Source: Marsupella aquatica (Eukaryota > Plantae > Marchantiophyta). From it: DNA of 64,000 nucleotides. Position numbers and translations under genes: made by a program. The notes beneath the pieces are model-generated. The model did not search any database. It was given only the letters and a program-made list of their open reading frames with translations, and was not told the DNA's origin. Location of the stretch: assembly GCA_973895155.1 (NCBI GenBank), contig OZ316895.1, forward strand, positions 10,404,184 through 10,468,183, in the 5' to 3' direction. Of the stretch, positions 27,405 through 40,414 are shown in pieces (the stretch's first letter is position 1; each line of letters begins with the position of its first letter).

Positions 27405-28400
27405 ATGTCGAAGCAAGCGCTCTTGGTCGCTGCTCTGGCGGCCGCAGCTGTGCAAGGCGTCGCGGCGCAGGCGGATCCCGACTTGAAATGGGCGCAGATG
27501 CACGGGTGGTTGATGTGGGCGGCCTTCGGCTTCTTCTTCCCGCTCTCGTTGCTCCTCATTCGGTACAGCCGACCTCAGCGCGATCCCACCTCGACTCTCT
27601 CGCCGGGTCGAGTGACGCTGCTGTTCTATCTCCACGTTCTCGTCACGGTACGTTCAGTCGCTGCAGTGTGCGCTTCTTCGCCCTTGCGGTAACGAAACAG
27701 GTCTAATGACAGTTCGAGTGAGCTTGCCGGTCGAGCGATTGCTGATTTGGATTGGATTGTTCGTGGGTGTGTTGCGTATGTGCAGATAATGGGAGTCGTG
27801 GCTGCGAGTGCTGGAGTCGCCATTCTGATCCATCGGGACGGAGGGAGCTTTGATTTCACTCACCAGAGGTTGGGATTGGCGGTCATGATCATTATGTGGA
27901 TGCAGCCCTTCATCGGGTTTGCTCGCCCTGCAAAGTAAGTTACTGTTCTTGTTCGTTCACGCAACTGACTGTGTTGTCATGCTTGCACAGCAATCATGCG
28001 ATCATTCAGGCATTGTTGACATTTCACTGATTAAGCCTGGTTTCACTAATTTTCTTCATCATACGTCGCCTTGCTGTGTAACTAACACAATCTGTACGAA
28101 TGTTCTTGCTTTTGCAGGGGTGTGACAACGAGACCCCTGTGGTTCGCAATTCACTGGATCTTTGGCACGGGAGCTGTCGTCCTTGGAATCGTGAACTGCT
28201 ACATTGGCATCAACGTGTACCAGCTTGTTTTCCAAGACAACATCAGATCTCTCAATATTGCGTTTTCTTGCCTCCTGGCATTCATGGCATTTGCTTACTT
28301 TTTACAGGATAAGTGGAGTTACATTTTGAACCAGAAGAATAGAGAAAGCGGTTCCATGGGGGTGAAATCATCTCAGACCATAGGACTTCAGAGCTTATGA
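27405..28400 (+). CDS. Cytochrome b561 domain-containing membrane protein (At4g18260-like), 3 exons
   Basis: Signal peptide, then MHGWLMWAAFGFFFP, FYLH, HQRLGL, QPFIGFARP and WFAIHWIFG (four candidate heme His), and YFLQDKW. Exons 27405-27647, 27786-27934, 28118-28400 splice in frame with GT-AG. Confidence 0.93.
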
Positions 28401-29771
28401 AAATTGTACGTAGTATTGCAGTATGGTAGAGGTTTCGTTGCTTCCTCCTATTTCTTGAGGACGAATGAAGAACTTTGCGGCGACACTAAATTTGTATATA
28501 TTGGAGTAAAGGAAAATTATTATCGTAGAACAGAAAGTTACTTTCTGTTCTATGAGAAACTACTTGTCTGTCTCTCGTGTGGGATTTGACCATGATCGTG
28601 TGCATGTTGTATCAAGGTCGGTAATATGCGCTTCTTCGTTCATTCATGATACACCAAACTTTTTGTTGTATGCGCTCGGGCCGAAATCGTGAGCATGTCT
28701 GGGTTTTGGGCTCGGTGGGTATGAGGAACATCAGTACAGGAGTGAAGTCAGTAACCCCACGTTGCGCCCACGTTACAGTCTTTGTCTGCTGTTCGTGGTC
28801 GGTCATGATCGTTTGCATGTCCAAGGATGGGACTCGGTGGTTAGCTGTTTCCAGTTTTCAAATGTCAGTAGAAAGTCGAGGTTTAAGCATCATACGACGG
28901 CCGTCAACGCTTTGGTCATGATTGTCTAAGTGTATGTGGACTTTTGATATCGAGTAAGTTGTCGCTTTCGCGTCGATCAAGAAGTGGCAACTCGGCTGTT
29001 TATGGTCGAAACCCGCAACCAGACATAATAAATTATACTTTTACGGAGAATGTCCTTTTGCGGCATTAATTATATGTTTGACCAGCCGAGGACCTTAAAC
29101 AATGGCAAAAATGTTTGGTCAGGGGACGACCTCACCGCTCGACACTATACAACCTTTTTGTGCCTTCGCGTTGCACTTATCGCTCACGTCTCTACTACTT
29201 TCCCTGTGCGTTGACACGAGAAACATCTTACTGTTGCGGAGGATTTATGAATCTGAATCTGATGAGGCCTTCCTGTCTCAAGAGAAACATACTAAACTCG
29301 AAACGAAGGACAAAACGTGAAATTTCTATTCTGCACTTTGGAGAACAGCACAACACAAAGGAAGGTGTCAGAGAGGAAAAAGCACAAACGGCTGTCTTCG
29401 AGTAAAATGCACATGAGTTCGAGCAACTTGAGGGAAACCTATACAGTAGAAACCCGGTCCATACTCGGGACTTCTTTGAAAACTAATCCGATCCAAAGGT
29501 AAAAGCATCGGATTCCCTTCGAAACCTCGGGATGGTCCTCGACCAAAAGCAGTAGCATCAACTCTACTTGGAAACTGCGGATCGACTCGGAAAAACTGTG
29601 AACGAAAGAATTTCCTAGGAAACTTCGCATTGACTCCGACAAAAATTAGAAGCATTGGATTCTATATTGGAACCTCGGATCGACTCCGATGCGAAATTAG
29701 AAGCACATTCATATATTCAAACGTTCCCGATTGGCTAGAAATCTCCAATACCAGCAGCTCACGAAAGAAAC

Positions 29772-29862
29772 TCCAGAATCTTTTCCACCGTTGAAAGGAA
29801 ATATAGTCGAGAGGATCTCCAGGATCTTCTCCACCAGTGAAAGGAAATATAGTCGAGACTCC
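29772..29862. repeat. Tandem direct repeat, 2 x ~46 bp
   Basis: TCCAG(A/G)ATCTT(T/C)TCCACC..TGAAAGGAAATATAGTCGAGA occurs twice. Confidence 0.8.
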
Positions 29863-30428
29863 ACAAGTTGAATTGGGTTGGATACTTGGATTCGCTGGCA
29901 AGAGTGAATGAGTGATCGTCGTCGCAAAGCTCGCAAAGCTCGCGTCAGGTTAGCCGGGTACGTCGCCGAATGGCCACCAACAAGTAGTGGAACGATCCCC
30001 GTAGCCTCCATTGACGGCCGTGGTGCGCAGTACCCCACACTGCTGGAGGGCCGCAATCTGAGGGAAGGAGCTCGGGACCCGAACACCACACCACCAGCAA
30101 AACCGGGTCGATCCGTGGCCGCCAGAACAAAATAGTCTAATAATCACATTATTGTCACGTCTGTCCCTGAAGAAACTCTGTACACTACCACTGTACCGGT
30201 AGTAGGAGTACGCCTGTGTAGTTTCGATCCTGTGAAAACCATATCCGGGGCACGTGCCTCACGGCATTCTATCATTTGACGCCGATGGTAGTGCCGGAAG
30301 TGCGGAGCTCCAGTGTGGCAGTGTGATCGATGCCGTCATGATTCTAGATTCAACTAACGAACATGGTACGAGACTAGGAGGGCTGGAGGGACGGGACAGA
30401 ATGGGAGCGGCAAATTTCACTCAAAATT

Positions 30429-30737
30429 GGGCTGGAACGAGTGTAACAACCAATTCGGCCAGTTTATATATACTAACGTCATCGTGAGGCATTCTGGGCC
30501 ATAACGCCCCCCAAACCGAGTGGTTCAGGAGCTATTATAGGCGAGGTTCATGATGATTGGAGAAGCCCAGTTCCGTCCATATATCGTTAGGCTTTCTTCC
30601 ACTTCGAGTAATTTTCCCCAACGAGAAATAAAAAGTTTTTAGTACTATTGTATCTGGATAAATGAGCAAACAAATATACTTTCAGATACCTAAAATTGTG
30701 AGGAATGCCGAATTGGTTGTTACACTCGTTCCAGCTC
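30429..30737. mobile_element. Putative MITE with 29-31-bp terminal inverted repeats
   Basis: GCTGGAACGAGTGTAACAACCAATTCGGC (30431-30459) and its perfect reverse complement (30707-30735); no convincing TSD. Confidence 0.7.
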
Positions 30738-31244
30738 AAAAGGATTTACTGAGGATGCCCAAAAAGAAAGTAAAATAGTTTATGTTGTAGTGTTTCAGCT
30801 CAAAGGATTTACATGTTGAGAAATCTGTTAATCACCTTTTTAGATCTTGGGATAAAAAAAAACATTATTAACCACTTTAAAGCAAAATGAATTAGTTTTG
30901 GGTTACTTGGTCCTTGTGCCTCAATGCTTATTCTCTTACAGAGTGTCTCATGCTCACCCCTTATCCTTGGCTTTACAAAGTGGGGATTAGAAATGTGGGA
31001 TTAGCATTATCTTGAAGCTTTTGTTTCTCACACCCCTTGGATTCCATCACACTCTTGGGAAGTAGCATAGGGTTTAAAGGGTCTGGGTATCCATAACATA
31101 ATTATGAAAATTCAACCATAAAAGATAATATAAACAACAAATTTTAACAATTAAAGGATCCATGGGCATGATTTTTTATTATTTTATTTTATTTTTTGTT
31201 TTTTTGGGCATGATTGAAATAGAGGGTCTAAACAAAGAAAATTA

Positions 31245-31612
31245 AAACATTGAGAGGGGGTAACAATAATTTCAAAGTCCAAAAATATCAAGGATGCAAT
31301 ACGACAAAAATACATCTAAAACTCAATAAAACAAACTAACCTGAGTAGGCTCTCGAACAAGGTAACACCAGAAAAAACATTCTCAGTTACTACAGTAGGT
31401 TGTTTTGTAAATCCCCCCTCCACACTTATGGGTGTCCCTTAAGGGTATATGTATGTGGATGGTATAGGTTTTGTGAAGAGTGGATGGAATAGGTTTTGTG
31501 GGTAGTGGATGGGAATATCTACTTGGCCCCTGGTTGTCCACTTTGCAGCCTTGATTTAATCCTCTCTCCCTCCTGGTGCAGGTCCTTGTTGGATCCATGG
31601 GGGCTCACCCTG
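31245..31612 (+). repeat. Second copy of the composite repeat at 22790-22940 plus 23305-23485 (SINE family A body lacking its tRNA head)
   Basis: Shares TAACCTGAGTA(A/G)GCTCTC..ACAAGGTAAC and GGCCCCTGGT.GTCCACTTTG...GATTTAATCCTCTCTCC.TCCTGGTGC.GGTCC. Confidence 0.75.
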
Positions 31613-32676
31613 AAATGCACTCTGATATGGGTTCCTGTATGTATGTCACTGTTGGGGTGGGGAGAGACTATGAGTGTTCTTCCTAGTTTCCGTCCACATC
31701 ACAACAACAAAAAAGTTAGTTTCTTGTAGCAACTAAGGTAGAATTTGGATAGCAATCCTGTTTTAGATAGTTTTTGATTCAGGGACATGCTTAGTTGGTT
31801 TATCTTGTATCAAGATAAAAGGACATATATCCTATTTTGTTGATCCTACTTACTTTCAAACATCATAATAAAGTTTCCTAAATACTATTTTAATATCCGA
31901 GCTTCACGTTCTAAGCATCTGGATGCTTAAATATTAAAGTAAAGCCCAGATGGACCCACCATTTGGACATGGTGCTCCCATGGATCATCTTTTGGTGGTC
32001 CATGTGAGTTCTGGGCTTATAACTTGATGATTATGAGTCTCAAAATATTTTGTAGATTTTCACCTGCAAGGCAACTAGAGAAGGAGGAGAAATTAAAAAA
32101 ACACAAACCCTAGTATTGCATACTGACACTATGAAAAATATTCTTACTAAGAGAATTTACCCCTCCAAATTCCATGATGAATAACTCAACCAAAATGACC
32201 AAAAGTTCATTGTCATTTAGATGGAAGTGTAGCTTACCTACTCCCCTAAAATCCCCTTAAAACTAAAAAGTATTTGAATTTATGGGCATCAAGTTATTAC
32301 AATTGAACTCAAATGTGGTCCGTGGGGGTTTCAAAGGACCACCTAGTGGTCCACTGGAGCATTATTTTCCAGAAGCTTATGATTATCCATGTAAGAAGTA
32401 ATGTTAAATCTACTGATTCAAGTAAGATGTCCATATGATGATTTTCATGAGATTGGAGCTATACTTATTGCTAATAATTCAAAAGATATACATAATATTT
32501 GTCATAAGGCTCACAAACCAGAGCACAATGGTGTCCAACAGTACTCATTCAGGGCTTTGGGTCCCTGGAAAGGCATTTATGGCTCTCCGTACCCACTGCC
32601 CGCAAAGTGCTTCCCAAACCCCCCACAGAAACATAATATAAATACCATAAGTGATGCCCCAAGGATGTGTAGCAGG

Positions 32677-32860
32677 CTCTCGGTGGAGTGGTAGCCCAGT
32701 CAAGTGGGGAGGGCACAGGTTGGGGGTTCAAAACTTGCGAGTGATCCTCTCGGTGGAGTGGTAGCCCAGTCGAGTGGGGAGGCACAGGTTGGGGGTTCAA
32801 AACTTGTGGTGATCCCGTGTGCTTTTTACACAAACCCCACCCAAAAGTGGGGTTCAGACA
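32677..32860 (+). mobile_element. SINE-like element (family B) with tandemly duplicated 70-bp tRNA-like head
   Basis: CTCTCGGTGGAGTGGTAGCCCAGTC.AGTGGGGAGG.CACAGGTTGGGGGTTCAAAACTTG occurs at 32677 and 32747 (A-box-like and B-box-like motifs), followed by the tail shared with ~24270-24310. Confidence 0.6.
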
Positions 32861-33019
32861 GGTTTTTGTGACTCTTCAAGAAATGTGTATTTTGGTTCTT
32901 GTGGGCAGAGGCTGTATGAATGTCATTATTGACATTCCAGGGAACAGTCTCGCTGAATCAATGCTCTGTGCAATTTCTGAGCTGGTGTTTCCATTACCTG
33001 GGATGAGATGGTACTAGGG

Positions 33020-34530
33020 TTCAGTCGCGGAACTCGACTACCTTAACACTTAGCTCCGGCATCGCTGACTCCGACGCCGAGCTCCCTTATGATCCAGGCC
33101 CGGATAGGCCATCCGGGGAGGACTTAGCATGGGGAGACTTGTGGGCAATGAGACGTGGCACTAGCGAGGCAAGGGGCCAAGCTGGGGACACACACTAAGG
33201 ACTTGGACTAGCCTATGGCTGGTTGAGTCAAGGGGAAATGGGCCAGGCTCAAGGGTGGCCGTCCGGACCATCGGATGGGCTTTGAGTTCTGAGGGCTTGG
33301 GAGTGAGCTCCTCTTGGGCCCAAGGCTAATGGAGTTGATGCCATTGGCAACGGACGCTTGGGGCGCAAGTTGTGGCCCCGAGCCGGGTTGGGCCGGCCGG
33401 GGGCCCCAAGCGGCGATCAGACCTGAGGGCCTAGGCATGAGCACTGGGTCGGCCCGGTCACAACGGGCTAAGGCACTCCGCTTGCGGATGCCTATCAAGA
33501 AAGTTATGGGCGTTGCCAGTTGGTGGCGCACCCATCATGCGCGATGTGATCCGGGTTGGGGGCCGAATGTTTAGTGACCAAAGCTGGTCCGAGGGTGGCA
33601 GGTCTCCAGAAGCATATATGAGGGGAGTGGTGTCTCGCTGGGGGCTAAGGGCGAGCCGAAGTCGTGAGCCGCGGCGGTCGCAACACTAAGGGAAACCGTC
33701 AAACGGAAATGGCGATATCTTTCCAACGGGAAGTTCGTTGGAGCACTTCTTAGGTGCATTGGAAAGCTCTTGAGGAAGGCTACGCCCTCCTGAGCTCAGC
33801 TGGGTCTGGGGGTGCCATGGGTTATCGTGGTTTGCGGGTGTTAGCTCACCCGTGTACCAAATCTTGCCGAACAACAGCCAAGCCGCGTTCAGTCTCCCAA
33901 GGGAGCTTGCGTTGGGGAGGCAAGGCCAAGTAGGTATAGAGGCTGAGTCCCAAGAGCGCTCGGTCCCTAGACCATCAGTGGGGCAAACCGGGAGTCGGTG
34001 TTAGAGTCGGGGCTGTTCTGGTCCCGGCGTGTTGAGACAAGCTTGGGACAAGCTTTAGGACAAGCTACGCTATTTGGGCCATGAGCATGTCCTGAGGTCA
34101 GGGCGGTCAGTTGGTGATGGATAGGTACGAGGGGGAACCCGGGCCGCGCCCTAGGAAGGAGCTGTCCTAGACGGACAGTGGGCGTGGGTTCTGGTTCCGG
34201 CTTATGGCAACGGGAGGACCTATCGCTGACCTATTTACCAACGTCTGTTGAGCTTGAGTTAGGATGCTAGACTTGGCGAGTTCTGGATCCGAAGGGGTTA
34301 CTTACCAAGGTGCTTGGTTTTTTGTGCAGACAGTGAGGACCGTTGAGTAGCGGTCATGTAGGTGAGCAAGTGCGGCTTCGTATGGGAGTGGCCGCTGGTG
34401 GTGCTAGAGGCACTTGGATGCTTGCTCGAGGTATTCCGTGGAGGCGTTCGAGCATCAAGGGCACTTAGGCGCAAGTGCTGGGATTGGTGAGGGCGCTGGG
34501 TGGCAAGGTCCACCACTGGTTGTCAGCCTT
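33020..34530 (+). repeat. GC-rich interspersed repeat of unknown class; the first ~300 bp recur in inverted orientation at ~43385-44065
   Basis: GACTACC...TTAGCTCC...GGGGAGACTTGTGG...GGACTT.GACTAGC...GGCCGTCC.GACCA...GAGCTCCTCTTGGG aligns with the reverse complement of 43385-44065 once the solo LTR is removed. The right boundary is approximate. Confidence 0.6.
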
Positions 34531-35537
34531 GGGGGATAATAGTGTTTGCGGTTATTTGTGAAAAATTTAGCTAGTCCCATTATTAGTGTTGGTGATCCAG
34601 AGATGGAGAATCAGGGTGGTGTTAATATCTACTGTGGGGATTTTTGAGGGAAACCTGGAGCGGATGATTATGGTTTCTCGTCGTAATTATGGTTTCAACT
34701 GATCAATGGGTGATGGAAGAGCTTCATCTAAATTCCTCTCCAGACCTATGAAAGTTTGTACAAAGTCATTCTGAATCGTTGGTTTGGTTCCTATCTTGGG
34801 GAATAGTTGGATTTTAGTGTTAGTGCTGGTTCTTTGCAATTGGTTCATCCACTAAGGATGTTTGCTAGTGGAGAGTCACTGACTCAGATCTTTACACTGG
34901 ATCTCTTCCTATACTCTGGACTGAGTTTTTAGCCCTCACTTTTGCGGTAATTGTTTAGTTGGTTCCCCTTGGGTGTGTGATGTGTTGTCAACTTGCACCT
35001 GTAGTTGTGTTTTTCTTCCTTTCCCTCTTAATAACTTGTTTGGTCTTTGAGTGGTTTGTGGGTTTTTGACCTTTTGGGGGTCTGGCTTGTGACTCCCAGT
35101 TTCTATTGGGTTTCCTTTTTGTACAAGTAAAGTGCTCCTTTCAAGAAAAAATAGCACTATGCTGTGCATATTTGTGTGTACTCAAAAAGGTACTAATAAA
35201 AAAAATGTATTTATAAGGGAACATGTAAGAGAGGTTTGTATACTAGGGAAATAATGACTGAATACTAATAGCGTCATTAGAGACTAGCAGTATTTATTAT
35301 TACCATAAGATAATGTGTGCCTACTAATGTCTGTAACATCATTCACATATCAGTGTTTACATATGTTCATGACTAAACATCGTCAATTAGTTACTTCAAG
35401 ATATAAGTGTTTAGCACATTATGTAGTCAAATATAATGGGGGGAAGTAAACCCTAAAAAATTTCAGTGCATTCACTGTGACCCTCTCCTAGCGTACCCGC
35501 TTACGGTAACAAAATGCGATCCAATAGAAGGAACAAC

Positions 35538-35716
35538 GAGAGATATGCTTAGTAGACTCCCATCTGGAAAAAGTTTGCTTAATCAACCCCCTCTATACTT
35601 TTCTCCAATCTGGACCATTGATGGACCTTTCGATCTCAGATCTGGACCATTGATAGACCTCAGGGGGTAGATCAAGTAACAAGTTTCATATTGGGGGTTG
35701 ATCAAGCAAATACCTC
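35538..35716. mobile_element. Small Mutator-type MITE
   Basis: GAG...CTC termini; internal inverted repeat TTTGCTT(A/G)ATCAACCCCC; perfect 10-bp TSD AAGGAACAAC (35528-35537 and 35717-35726). Confidence 0.8.
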
Positions 35717-36349
35717 AAGGAACAACATATAATCATTTGTGAATCTGCAATGGCTCTGGTCCTTGGTTTGAAACGATGCAAGAAACCATTTACCACGTAA
35801 GATCGTCATACTTCCGCATTTAAAGAGGCATTCCGCATTTAAAGAGGCAAGCGATGGCAGAGCTTAAAGGGAGGCAAGGTGCAGAAAGGAATCGAGGGAG
35901 GAGGGCTGAAAGGCGTGATCACTGTGGGAGGGAGATCGTTGAGTAGACGGCATATGAGCGAGGCATCTGTGAGTAAAGGGGCAGTTCAAGTTTCATCGTT
36001 GTGGTTGGAGTTGAGGTCGTAGTGAGCTTTGGAAATCGTTTACAGATTGTCTTAAGCTCTGTGGGTGTTGTTGTTGGTTCGTTACGCAGCAGGCTGCAGG
36101 ATCTTTTTCGGTTTGATATTTTTTCCTCTTTCGGGTTGTTGCTTTTGAGTATGTTCTGTTCGGGGTTTTGTGAGAGCCGGTGACAGTGAGGGTTTCTGCG
36201 GGGAATTGTGATTTCTTGTGTTTGATGTCGCTGCTTATGCCTATGTCATGAGTTTCTCTGCCTGCTGATTCCAGCTTTTAGCGGGTGCGGAGGTTGGCAT
36301 TGCGGGCCGTGTTTCTGAAATTTTTGATCTTTTCTGTAGGGTTGCCTTA

Positions 36350-39300
36350 CGGTTTTTCCTTGAACGTATGTGATGGCAGTCGAGGATTGTTTGGTAGCAG
36401 TCGAGAAATGGGTCTGGCATTTCTGTTGTTTCTTTTCCTGTCCTTGGTGACCTGTCGAGTCGGCTTCTCATCTTCATTAGGTTTATCATTTGAAATACAA
36501 ATCTTTGTCTTCCTCTATGGCAAGGATGAGCGTTGGCCTCTCCTCTCTGTATGTAGAACAATCGTTAGCAATTAACTTGTTACAGAGGGAGATAAAATTT
36601 GTCCGTCAGCTCCACGGTTGTTGACATCATCTTCAGTGTCTTCTAAATCTTCAAATTTGTCGCCTCTCAAGGGGTTCCTCTCTCATGTATGTTCGAGGAC
36701 CGGGGTTCCTGCATGGCTTGGTGCTGAGCTTGTTAATCTACTACTGAGAACATCGGCCTCGTTGTCTCCTAAACCGTCACTATCCTCTAAGTCAACAGTG
36801 TTCGTTCTTCCCCTAGGAAGTTCATTTTCCACTGGGTCCCCGCTAGTGGTTCCACCCTGGCCTGGGGGTTGTGCACACTGCTCATCATCCTTGAACCTGA
36901 ACACCCGAAATCATCATGGGCAATTCAACTCAGCTACGTTCAGAACCATAAATATCGCTACTCTTAACTTCATCCACAACACATCAAATGGGACCTAAGG
37001 TCTTGGCGTCTGCGGAATTCGGCCTCATTACCGTGAACTCTGCAAAGGAACTTAAACGAACTATCACCTGAAGTTTTGCCACGGCTTTGAGAAAATAAAA
37101 TGTGCTCTCACAAACTGCAGGCTAGTGGACCTAAACGTACTTTACGACTGTGAACAAGAATCTGTGCCATTCAGATGACGGCAGAAAAAGCCATCGTCGC
37201 TGCCAAACGCCTGCTGAACAAATTCTAAAATTTACACAGCATTAAAGGAGCACTTCAGAAATTTAGAGTAGAATTTGAATGTGGACTTCGGCCAAGCTCG
37301 AATCATCCTCCGACACACCAGGATGTCACGATCGCCTTACCTTTTAAACAATTCCTTGATCTGCACCACATGATCTTCAGATAACGGAATGATGGCTTCT
37401 GCATCTTCATCCTCACTCGATGAGGCAGACCTTCAAAAGTCGCACGGAAAACAATTGTGTTTACTACTTGGAGCCTCTTCAGTCTCGGACCACTGTAACC
37501 AAGACTCTCCCACTGGAAATCGTTGCTTTGAGTTCCAATTGAACTCATTCAGTTTGTTTCCTTAAGGCATGCTTCAGAGAGAACTCCATTTGAGTGCATA
37601 ACATCTCCTACCTAATATGATGCAATGTGCACAGTACTTCCAGCCGTAACCTTTCAAATGAATAGCAGAGCAACGTCAGTGAAAGACTGGCAAACGCTAA
37701 ATTCAACTTACTCTTCATTATCACTGTGCCGGTTTGTCGGTGCGTCTTCTTCATCGTGACCCAAAGCATCTGCAATGTTAATTTTTTTCCTGTTTTGAGA
37801 GGAGCCACCTGCCTCTTTCCGCATGGATTGTATCATATAATCAGCAGTAATGTGGTGACATTCTGACCGTGTCTTCCAGAACAGAATGTCTACAAACAAA
37901 ATTGGGTGCGCCTCCAGCTTCTTGAAGAGCCGGCGTATTACTTTGCTTACAAAACCAATGACATGTCTGTGATCCTGTGCTGATTGCAGCTGCTCATTGC
38001 AGAGAATACTATAGAATGTCTGGAGAATCGAAATCTGCAGAGGCAACATGCTTGTTTTACGTCATGTGTACTATCATCCCGCACAATGCGTTCTAGTTTG
38101 ACTATTTTGAACTATGGCTTAATCGTCTCGAAAAAATATCGAAACAGCAATATGACTGTTTATTCAATTTTGTGCTACTGATAAAATCAAGCACTAGCAT
38201 TGTGGACATATTCTAAGAAACAATCTACACGCTGAGAAATAATTTCAATACCTTCCACGGCTCCTGAGGAAAAACTTTGAATGATAATAATCAGCAGAAA
38301 CCGATTAAAAACGTAGTATGCATAAAGGGGGCTGATTAGTAGTTGGGACCTGATACAGCATGGGCTCGAGATGGCAGTCTTCACAGATGCGTTGCAGCAT
38401 GCGCACAATGTAGTGGTTGGTTGCAGCCCTGTTGGTTGAGTGGAACTTCAAGAGCCAACAGCAGTTTTTAACAACAAAGTTGTTTGCAAACTTATCCACA
38501 ACTTTTCGGATGTTTAAGGTCACCTCCTTCGTCCTATTCTGCTTCCCGCCATCTGAATCATCACCGTCGTCATCAGCAACTGGAGAAGTATGAATTGTTT
38601 CAACTTCTTCGTCCTGCTGATGAGAGCCAGCGGCACTTTTCTTTGGCAGATCCATCTCAGACTGGTCCCCCGTACGTTCATCACTGTCTGCCACATTTTC
38701 TGCGACTCCTTCGTCACCTGACCTCTCTGGCTCTACATCTGATGTGGAGATATTATATTAGCGCGCTTGGGGGAATGGGGAACATCTATGTCACTTTTCG
38801 AGGCTTGCTCATCTACTTTAGCCTCCGTGGCATCCTCTTCTGCTCCTTCGGATTGGGATTGTTCAGAGGGCTTTGGTTTCTTTTTCCAACCTCCTCTTAC
38901 TTTGGTCAAAACCTAAAAACGAAATTCACAGTTCAATTCATCTCATAGTCATCAAAAGGTCAGCTGATGATAAATTTGTCGAAAATTCTGACGAAAATAA
39001 ATCTAGGGGCACTTTAATGCAGAACACCCAAAAGAAGTGGCGCAAAAATCAGCCAAGATTGAATACTAGTACAGATTAGAGAATTGCTCTGAAGAGTGGC
39101 TTACCGGAAGAGACTCCCCGGACTTGGCGAAACTATCAAGGATGCGGAGGACGATGTGCGTGATCTCCACTAGATCGGCCAAGTGACTGCAATCAGTCAT
39201 CACCAACTCATAATTTGCTTCTCTGAAAACAACTCCACCTCATGTGCGACTCGAAGCTTAAGTCTGTCCATGAGCTAAGTGTCTACAGCAAGATGGTCGT

Positions 39301-40170
39301 GCCCTCGCTATCAACAAACCAGACTTAAAGTTCAGGACTATACCTCCGGGGGTGCTTGGAGGTGTCAAACGACCTGATCAGCGAATTCAGGAACTAGAGA
39401 ACGTCAAAGTTAACCTGGTGGTAGAAAATTTGATATAGTAGGGTGCGTGCCGTGCGACGTTCCTGCTGCCCTTCTCTTGTAAGACTGCCCGACCTTTTAA
39501 GGACAAGATCCAGCATTTTTATCAGTGTAGTTGCTCCGTCATCAGAATCACATAAAGAGGAACATTGAGACAACCTTAGCTGTAACTGAAAGCCTCCTCA
39601 GCACACGTTAAGTTCCTTAGTAGTCTCATGAACCTTACGATCACTAATCGTAGTATTAGGAAAATGTGTTTCATCATGACCAGTAACAGGATTCGTGCTC
39701 CTGACTATCCATAACCTGAAACAATGGACGCAAAAAAAGGGAAATCCTCTGAAAGTGGGTTTCTATGCTCTGGTGAGACGAATTGAATGTGGATGATACA
39801 AACTTTGAAGGTTAATAAAAACACCTTTGAAGGGTACTGAAGGCACAAAAAAAATCCTATACATTACAGGCTTCTCGTTTCCTGAGTATGATACTCTTGA
39901 CAAAATCAGCTGCTACCGAAAACCTAGGAACGATCTATCAGGCACATGCGGCGCAAACTCTTTACGAACCATGTCCTTTATAACACCCCCCTGCAGCTCC
40001 CCAGGGTTTCCAATCTTTGGTTTCCGCTGCAGAATCTGCAAACTCTTGCCATTTTGAAGTCACCATCTTGAACATAGCTTCGTCCATAGTTGAGGCGATC
40101 AGGCCACAAAGATGCTTTCGTGCTGCTGCTTTCTTCTCTGCTCCATCCAGAGAGCCATCATTTGATTTGA
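36350..40170 (-). pseudogene. TIM: TIMELESS (ATIM, fork-protection complex) pseudogene, 5'-truncated, introns retained
   Basis: Exon peptides LCGLIASTMDEAMFKMVTSKW, IKMLDLVL...ARTLLYQIFY...FLNSLIRSFD, FANNFVVKNCCWLLKF...NHYIVRMLQRICED..LEPMLYQ, LFVDILFWKTRSECHHITADY and IKELFKR|FKDDEQC resemble plant TIMELESS. Lesions: an extra G at ~39986-39991, an acceptor reading TG at ~39523, in-frame TAG at ~39394-39396, and further stops at 36683-36685 and 36572-36574. The left end is approximate. Confidence 0.85.
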
Positions 40171-40414
40171 CCTGGTGCTTCTTCACAGACATAAGAACGG
40201 CAACTTCAATAAATGCTCGCCATGTTTACATAATCACTCTCGTAACGGATAGGTTTCATTTCAACGAAGGAAAAAACAAAGCTCGAAAGACAGTTATACT
40301 CGAGATGTGGCATGATCTGCCATTTGACATTGTGAAGAGCTCACACATTCAAAGACCTTGCTGTTGTGGAATTCAGCCACAAGCTGCAGTGACAGGCCCT
40401 GAACTTGTTCCAGT

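Noticed and set aside
36350-40170. TIMELESS stops being repaired by U-to-C RNA editing
   Set aside because: Plant U-to-C editing is organellar. The copy also has a frameshift, a dead acceptor and a 5' truncation, which fits pseudogene decay.
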